From the human T2T-CHM13v2.0 reference genome, Homo sapiens, in the NCBI RefSeq assembly GCF_009914755.1, contig NC_060925.1: a DNA stretch of 64,000 bases. One strand, written 5' to 3'. Shown in pieces: positions 54,860 through 64,000 of the stretch. The notes under the pieces are model-generated. The model saw nothing but the letters and a program-made list of their open reading frames with translations, searched no databases and was not told the origin of the DNA. Within the stretch, counting starts at the first letter, position 1. Every line of letters starts with the position of its first letter. Both the position numbers and the translations under genes were made by a program.

Positions 54860-55165
54860 ATATTACTTTACATTTCTAACTCATTTTACATTATTCAATG
54901 GCTTTCATCAGGTAGATGAGAAAACAATAGGATCGCCAACAATCTGATTTGCCCAGCGCTGAGGAGTTTCCCAGGACTGGGTAGTTTCAGTGCTAAAACC
55001 AGGACAGTCCAGGGTCAACGGGAATAAGTTGATCACCTTAGGAAACAGAGACAGAGGAAGGTTAAGTATTTCATCCAAGGTCACACAACAAGTTAGTTTA
55101 TAGAACTAGACTAGAACCCAGAGCTCCAAATAACTAGTTCTGGGCCCCTCCAACTAACCTATAAT
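54860..55165 (-). mobile_element. MIR SINE (host of MER81)
   Basis: 'agatgagaaaaca|ggaaacagagacagaggaaggttaagtatttcatccaaggtcacacaacaagttag'. Confidence 0.8.
54928..55040. mobile_element. MER81-like hAT-Blackjack MITE
   Basis: 113 bp, TIRs taggatcgccaac / gttgatcacctta, core 'tttcagtgctaaaaccagga'; 8-bp TSD gaaaacaa / ggaaacag. Confidence 0.85.
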
Positions 55166-56419
55166 GATTGCTTGTTAGATTTCTGCAGCATAGAATTTGA
55201 CCCATCCCATGATCTCACACGCTTAAGTCAAATAGATGGTATATTGGCAATTAAAACAATGACAACATGCAATTCTATTTTGTTCCAGTATCTCCATCCT
55301 GACTTTCTCATTTAAGTGAAGCTAACTCTAACCCTGAGCTGTGACAAGTGGCTGCTGGAAGTTCTCCAGCATGTCTTTATCTTCCCCTCTCTAGCTGCTG
55401 CATAGGTAAACAACACAGGCCCACGCGAGTTCACACACAAAAGATTCTGCAATAGTAACATTTATCTTGTACGTGTTCCATTTATCTTTGGCAAAAAGCT
55501 TCAGACCCAAACTATCTTAAGTGATCTCAAAAAGACAGTGATAACTACCTTCCCCGTCATTATTGCTCCATTTTATCACAGTGGTGATAGCAATAATGGT
55601 GGTTGTAACCCCCATCAAGTCCATTTAACATGGCTCATTTTCAAAAGCCACTCAATGTCTTGTGACAGTCTGGCCAGGCGGTATGAAAAGATCACTTAAC
55701 CCCGATGATCTGAGGAAGACTCTGAGTGGAGAAAGAAGGCCCTACAGTCAGAGGCGAGACGCTGAAAGAAGAGAAGGGATAAAAAAGACCATTGATTTTA
55801 TGACAAGGGGCAGAGCCACTGTCAAAACTGAGCAGCGCAAATTGAAGGAATGTTTCAATTAGCTGTTTGCAAGAGAAATTCCTCAGAAGTTGGGTTGCGC
55901 TCGCTTTTGGTTATTGTTGGTTACGTTTATTCTTTGCTTTTACATATGTGCATATGTGTTTATTTTTGACACTAACAGAGGAATCTAAAATTAGAATCTC
56001 TATTGCCAATTAGGGTAATTAAAGAAGACCCATGATAATTTTAATAAGAATGTGTTTTATGATGCTACAGGGACCAGGATAACAACCCCAAGGTGAAAGG
56101 GCGTAGGTGGAGCCTATGCAAGCAGACTGCCACTCACACACCAACACAGGGAGCCTAAACTGCCTCCTTTTCTGCAATCCCTGCGTCACACTGGTTCATA
56201 CACAACCTTCCCATGATTTCCTTAGCAGGTGTTGAAATTCTTACGAAAGCACACTGGTTTCTGGAGGCAACGGATGTGGATGAGTGTCAGGGATGGGTAG
56301 ATAACCACTGAAATAAATAAATCAATAGTGCTCCATGTTTTGCAACTCTCTTTCTCATACATGATTAGGAGTTGGTGTCGCCAACAGCTGTCACTGAAAA
56401 TGCAGAAATATTCACAGTT

Positions 56420-56570
56420 ATAACACAGCTATTAAGTCAGTAAAATGGGAATGACAGACCCTATTTCATAAGGCTGTTGTGAAATTTAAATAAAATAGTT
56501 CATACTAGAGTGTTCAGCAAAGTACCCAGTATATAGTAAGCTCTATATAAAGGTGATTATGATTATGATG
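56420..56570 (+). mobile_element. MIR SINE 3' half
   Basis: 'gtaaaatgggaatgacagaccctatttcataaggctgttgtgaaatttaaataaaatag'. Confidence 0.75.
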
Positions 56571-57754
56571 GATCCATATAACATATATTTTTGAGTTGAA
56601 TTTTCTGAGCATAGTTCTTAATAAAATTCTCTCCTTATCCATCTAAAATGTAAGTCTTGTCATAAAACTGATTGAAGGGCACTAAAGTTTAAAAAAAAAA
56701 ATAGAACCCTTGATTCTGTATTTGAGTTCAGACTTCATTACCTATAGGCCTCAAAATCTTGATAAATTACGGTCACCATATTTAACATCAAGAATACTAT
56801 TACATGATGCTTAAAAGTTCAAGGTGAGAGACATATTAACCTGGTTTTGAATATTCATTTCACCACTTTCTAATGATGTGATATTTATATACTCATAGCT
56901 CCAACACTGTGCTACCCATCCTTCAGATTTTAATTTTAGTAGCATTTCTTCTAGAGTATTTTATTACAGATTCTTTTAATATATATCCTTTTTTATATAT
57001 TCTCATTGTTCCTTGTGCTTATCCCTTATGACATTTGTTAGAATTATTATGGACTAATTGTGTAATTATTATCCATCTTTCTTGATATACTGCAAGCTCC
57101 AGGAAGGCAAGAAACTTGTTTATTTTGTACACGCTAGTATCCCTCTGGCCGGCACATGGTAGGTAATAACTACTAAATGAATAAGGGGCTTTGAGCTGAA
57201 GAGTGATTTGACTTTAATTTCAAGGGTATCACACTTGCTGCTGATTTTAAAAGACCTTTTAGGAAGACAAGGATGAAAGTGGAAAAATGCGTTTGGAAAC
57301 TTGCAGTAATTTAGGTGAGATGTTACTGGCTTGAACCAAGATGATAGTAATGGAAATGGTGAGAAGTGATTTAACCCTAGATATATTTTCAAGGTCTAAC
57401 TCAAAGGCTTTGCTAATGAATTTGATGTAGGGTAGAAAACAAAGAGTTAGGGATAATGCCATGGCTTTTGGCCTGGGCAATTGGATAGCTAAACTGCCAT
57501 TACCTTAAACAGGGGAACTGATAAATAGACAGACTTGCCGTGGAAGTTCATTTTTGAAATACGTTAAGTCACAATGCCTGTGAGACATCCAAGCAGACTT
57601 ATCAAACCAGCTTTTGCATGCTCATGTCTGTGGTTTAAAGGGGAGACGTCTGAGCTGGAGATAAAGAATTCATATTTAAAACTATGAGACTAGATGAGAT
57701 CACCAAAGAAAGAGAAGAGGGCCAAGGAATAAGTCCTAGAGCAATCCAATATTA

Positions 57755-59085
<1,331 letters not shown>

Positions 59086-59904
59086 GTGGATCACAGGAGA
59101 GAACATGGAGAGACTACAAGTTTTCAACAACTTTTTAAATAGAAAGAATATCTAGAAAGAGGATGAAAGGAACTAGGCAATAATTGGAGAGATAATTGGA
59201 GTTAAGAAGGTTTCTTTGTTTTTTTTTTTAAGATGAGAGGGATAATGTATTTTCATGGTGATGTGAAAGAAACAGTAGAGATAAACAATAAATAATGATG
59301 TGCATGATTGCAGTATCTACCTTTCAGAGTGATTGGGTAAAATTAGATGAGTGTGAAGCAGTTAACACTACACTTGACATGTTATGGTAAGGGCTCAATA
59401 CAACCTAGCTGATATTATTATTCTTGCTATATAGTAACAATGTCAAGGGATACTGAATGCAAAGAACTCTCTGTCTCCACACTATAATGCAGCACATACA
59501 AATCCTTTTGCTTGTTGTGACTTTTGCTTTATGCTTTTTCCAGTCGTACCTCACTATCATCAGGCTGTCACCTCAACTACTCCACAGGTACTGTTCATAT
59601 CAAGGTCACCTGCCATTCCGTCAGTAAATCTGAAACTCACAATGCCCTCTTATCCTTAAAATTTGCTGTTTATAATCCCAAGAGGAAGCAGAGTTCAGAT
59701 TAATAAAGCATTAGAACTGAATCTACCGTGAGGTAAATAGGCTCAGAGGAAGTTCATTTAACTCAGCAATTTTAACTGATCTTTCTTCCCAACACGCTCT
59801 TCCTGGTCATTTCCTACTTGTTCTTCAAGTGCCTACTTAGATTTTATTTCCCCTGAGAATCTAACTTTGCTCCTAAACAATAGACTGCCTGCCTCTATAA
59901 GTCA

Positions 59905-60390
59905 AGAGTTTTCTAGCTATAAGTGATGGACACCCAATTAAATGTAGGTATTAAAGGATATGGTATGGGTAGATGTTGATTCACATCGTTGAAACACTCC
60001 AGAGGAGAATCTGGACAGGTGTAGCTGCCTCCGAGATGTAACAAATCTGTGCCTCTCTGCCCTCTCCCTCTTTCACACAGTCTCTGCACTCTACTTTCCT
60101 CTGTGTGCTTCATTCTCAGTCTCTTCCAAAGTGTTAATAAACATGACCAGGTATTCATAAGACCTGGCAAATCAAATTTTTAAAAAACATCCTTTTCCTC
60201 ACAATAGTTCTAGAATAGATCCCAGGGGTGACCTATTTGCTTGCTTTGGATCAATTGTCCATCAAATGTCCTTTGAAGGATAGGCTATTCTGAATGACTG
60301 TATGCCTGCATGTAGAGTAGAAAGGCGTAGTGAGCCACAGATGAAAGTCACGAACCAGGAATTAGAAACTCATTCTAGGCAGGTTAAAAC
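59905..60390 (-). mobile_element. Old MLT1(J-L)-like LTR remnant
   Basis: 'ttctagctataagtgatggacacccaatta', 'ctctactttcctctgtgtgcttcattctcag'. Confidence 0.45.
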
Positions 60391-60479
60391 ATAGCTTCTC
60401 CATATTGTCCCTCCAATAGAATACCAACACACTTGATATGAACCTTGTATTAATACTTACAGGTAATTGTTGTTATTAC

Positions 60480-60700
60480 TATGTGTTAAATATTATGCTG
60501 GAATATTACAAACAGTATTTTGATTAATCTTCATGAAAACACTATGAGGAAGGTGTTAGATCTGTTTTACAAAAGAGAAAACTAAAGCTCAGAACAGGTG
60601 TAACACATTCATGGTCAGGCAATTTGTGAAATGTGGACCAGTGGAGGGAAAGTACAATTCCGAACCTGTTGGTCATTCTGGGACTCTTCTCACCATGCAT
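60480..60700 (-). mobile_element. MIR SINE
   Basis: 'ttaatcttcatgaaaacactatgaggaaggtg..ctgttttacaaaagagaaaactaaagctcaga'. Confidence 0.75.
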
Positions 60701-61349
60701 TTTTAATGGTCTAGGTAGGTGGTCTGTCCTTTGGGGCTTTCTATGGAAACATAATTATTTGATATTTATTTAAATTTTTATAGCATATTCATTCCATCAT
60801 ATTCTCTTCCTGGAAACTTTTATTTCTTTCTCCACAGTACAAGGTGGCAAATCTGGTATTTCATCTCTGTTTACTGTGGGCCATGACTTTTCCAATGCTT
60901 CTAGGAGCCACATCAATAGCAAGTTTACACTACTTCCTTGGGGTGTTAGATCTTATATGTAAAGAAAGAGCTTTCAGGTCAATACATCCTTTCCTATGCC
61001 AGTTTTGTTTTGGAATCCTGGATCCAGCACCCTTAGAATCTAGTCCCAGGCATACATTCCTGGCTCTTGCTGGTTTACATTGGCTCAGTTTTGCAGCCCA
61101 TTTGAGGCAGAGTCCCTTTTTCTCCACTTATCAGGTCAGGCACATCTCCAGCTAGGTTGCAAGTCCTATCTAAAAGGAAGATCTGGGCGGTGCATTTTTG
61201 TGTCCCTCACACTTCATGGATCACTTAGTCTGCATCTTTTATCACATGGAGAACAGCTAGGAACCAGGAAATAAATGTTAAATTCATGGAGCAGTTGAGA
61301 AAAAAATGTCACAAAACTATAAACTAAAGGGGTTGATCTTTATTCTAGG

Positions 61350-61510
61350 TATTTCATTTATTGAAGGCCTACTAAGTAAGTACCAGAGAATTTACTAAGT
61401 GCTGAGGATGCAATGATGAATATGGCAAAGTGCCTGACCTCACATTACCTTCAACCTAGTGCTGAAGGCAAGCAAGTAAAGGGCCAAGTACAACGTAGAG
61501 TAAGGGATAT
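61350..61510 (-). mobile_element. L2 3' end
   Basis: 'tttattgaaggcctact..ctaagtgctgaggatgcaatgatgaata..cctgacctca'. Confidence 0.65.
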
Positions 61511-61539
61511 AACATAACCATGAAAGACACTAGGCACCC

Positions 61540-64000
61540 CACAACAACAGAGGCCAGGTGCAACACTTAACTGACAGATTCCAGAAAATCTCAACTAATA
61601 CAAACTGGCAATTTCTGAGTGGCTGATAAGGAGTCCTGACCCACAGAGAGATAGGAAGATGGTTAATACTGTGCCACAGGGAGAAGGCAGGCAAAAATAG
61701 ATGGGCAGGTGACAAGAGTAATAGCTTGAACCAGCAAAAGAAATCAAAGATGGATGATCGTGAAGTTAAGGCCAAGCAACCCCAATACAAAGCCATGACC
61801 CTTTGCTTAGTTTCCAGACTTGAGCCAGTTTTCCAACCAAGAACCTGTTAACCAAACAGATGGTTGAGTCTCCAGAAGGAAGAATCATGCAACTCTGACC
61901 AGTATATACACCATAATAATTCCACTCACCATTGCCCAAAAGGAACTATGGCCATGTATAGTGAGGAAGAAAAAATCCCAGATATTTTGAAGACTGTTGA
62001 ACACAGAGTCAAGTTGACATTGATACCTGGAGTCCTGAAGGATCATCAGGACCCCCTATTAGAGTAGAATTTTATAGTGATCAGGTAACAAATGGAGTCT
62101 TGGCAAAGGCCCGGCATTGGGTCTACTAGGCCTGTGGACTCACCAGTAGTCATATCCTCTGTTCCTGCATGCATAAACTGGATTGGCATACTTAGCATTG
62201 GTGTAAGCCAAACATAGGGTACTTGACCAGTAGGTAACAGCTGCTATAGTGGAGAAGGCCAAATGGAATATTGTATCTTCCTCTGGTCAAAATAGTAAAT
62301 CAAAAGCAATATGTCATCCTTGGGGGGATAGTGGAGATAAGAGCCACTATTAAAGCATGTGGGGGCATTGTTTTTTTATCATATCCCCATTTAATTCATC
62401 AACTAGGCTCTGCAGAAACTGAACAGATCCTGAGGAATGACTGTACACTACTGCAAGCTTAACTATGTAGCAGCTCCAATTAATCACAACCATCATGCCA
62501 ACAGCAGATTATTACAAACTCAGGTATGTTGCATGGGGCCATTAACTTGGTGAATACATCCCTATTCTGTTTAGAATAGAATTTCTGTTTAGAGTGAAAG
62601 CAATTTGTATTCATATGGAATGGATAACATTATAAACTTAGAGTTTGTTCCCAAGATATGTTAACTCCCATTCTTTCTATCATAATTCAGTCCAAAGATG
62701 ACTGGAACATTGTGATGTTCCACAGAAAATCACATTGATCCACATTGATGACATTATGTTGATTGGGCCTGATGAGCAAGTGGTTACTAACACATTTGTG
62801 GCTTTAGGAAAGCACATGTACTCTAGAATTCGGGAGAGGAGCACTAAAAAGATTCAGGGGCCAAACATATCTGTAAAATCTGTATTGATTTAGTAGAGCT
62901 GCACCAAGCCATTCTCTTCAAAGTGAAGACAAATTATTGCATCTTGCACTTTCTACCAGGATGAATGAAGAATATTTCAGGTCCTCGTGGCTGCATATTC
63001 AACACCTAGAAACATGGCTTTGGACTAGATACAGAGTGGTGCAAAAGTCTACCAGCTTTGAGTGAGGGCCCAGAATAGGAGAGGGCTCTTCAGCAGGCCC
63101 AGGCTGTGGTATGAACCATCTTGCCACCTCATTCTCCTATGACATTAGAAGTATCAGTGCTGGGAAAAGATGCCATGCAGGGTTTGCAGGAAAATCCCTT
63201 TGCAGCCTCTGGGATTCTAAAGCAGAATCTTGCCCTCTGCTGAAGAGAATTACACACCTTTTGAAAAGCAACTCTTGTTATGTTACTCTACCCTGGTGAA
63301 ACAGAGGCCTGACTATGATTATGCAGCTGGAACTTCCCATCATGAGCTGGATCCTGTTAGACCCACCATGTCCTAAGGTTCATGGGCCCAGCAGCAATCC
63401 ACTGTGGGATGGACTTGGCATCTCTGAAATTGAGCTCAAGCAGAGCCAGAGGGCATGAGTAAACTGCATACTCCCCATGGTATCCACCACTCTTGTACGA
63501 GTACCCCTTCCTCAGCTTTCATCTATGGCTCTTTGGAGATTCTAAAAGGGGGAGGAAAAAGCCCAAGCTTGGTTTATGTAAGAATGAGTTATGTAACCAG
63601 GAGCAAGCTGAAAATGGACAGCAGCCTCATGCAGCCTCATTAGGAGTGGTTTCAAAAAGCAATGGCAGGAGGAAATCTTCTCAACAGGTGACTGTTCTAA
63701 CAATGCACCTGTTCATGCACTTTGCGTGGAAGAAGTGGCCTGACATTTGAATATAAATGAACTCCTAAGCAGTAGTAAATAACTTAGCCAGATGATCAGG
63801 GTCCTGAAAGGAAACAGACTGGAATATTGGGTACAAATAAATCTTAGATGGAGACACATGAAAGAAGATAAGTGTGAATATCTTCAAATTAATATCCACC
63901 AAAGAGCATCCACTACCGAAGAGGCACTAAATACCTATAATATACTGATAGAGTATATTAAATTATTCAGCACATAATGGGCACTGGAGCAAAGTGGCAT
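61540..64000 (+). mobile_element. Decayed ERVL-class (HERVL/HERV16-like) internal gag-pro-pol remnant, running off the window
   Basis: Protease-like 'ctgttgaacacagagtcaagttgacattgatacctgga' (compare LLDTGSELTLIPG); RT motif H/YIDDIMLIG at 62741-62767; many stops and frameshifts. Confidence 0.85.

Noticed and set aside
52047-55623. Exact 14-mer ccccatcaagtcca at about 52047 and 55610
   Set aside because: Several exact 14-mer pairs are expected by chance in 64 kb, and there is no flanking similarity.
55662-55862. 66-aa charged ORF as a possible exon or microprotein
   Set aside because: Non-ATG start in the ORF track, no convincing splice sites, no recognisable homology.
61540-64000. Domesticated retroviral gene
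   Set aside because: Only short broken ORFs; the protease and RT motifs are degraded.

Overview
AT-rich primate (probably human/hominoid) intergenic or deep-intronic DNA made mostly of transposon fossils. I found no credible cellular protein-coding exon or RNA gene. The long ORFs are L1, THE1, Alu or ERVL remnants. The centrepiece is a full-length, disabled L1PA5-like element (minus strand, 30047-40788, 13-bp TSD). A younger L1PA4-like element inserted into it by twin priming (30718-35341, 15-16-bp TSD), creating a ~3.5-kb inverted repeat with a ~0.5-kb spacer. The two arms come from different subfamilies yet share at least 13 non-consensus substitutions in five short patches, which suggests repeated arm-to-arm gene conversion. 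Other notable items: an old inverted duplication that copies a private L1 deletion junction (13103-13420 vs 14347-14663), a fold-back hairpin at a non-canonical THE1 junction, a 24-bp locally templated insertion, two more L1 inversion junctions, an AmnSINE1-like relic and an ERVL pol remnant. Family and subfamily names rest on recalled consensus sequences, not on a database search.
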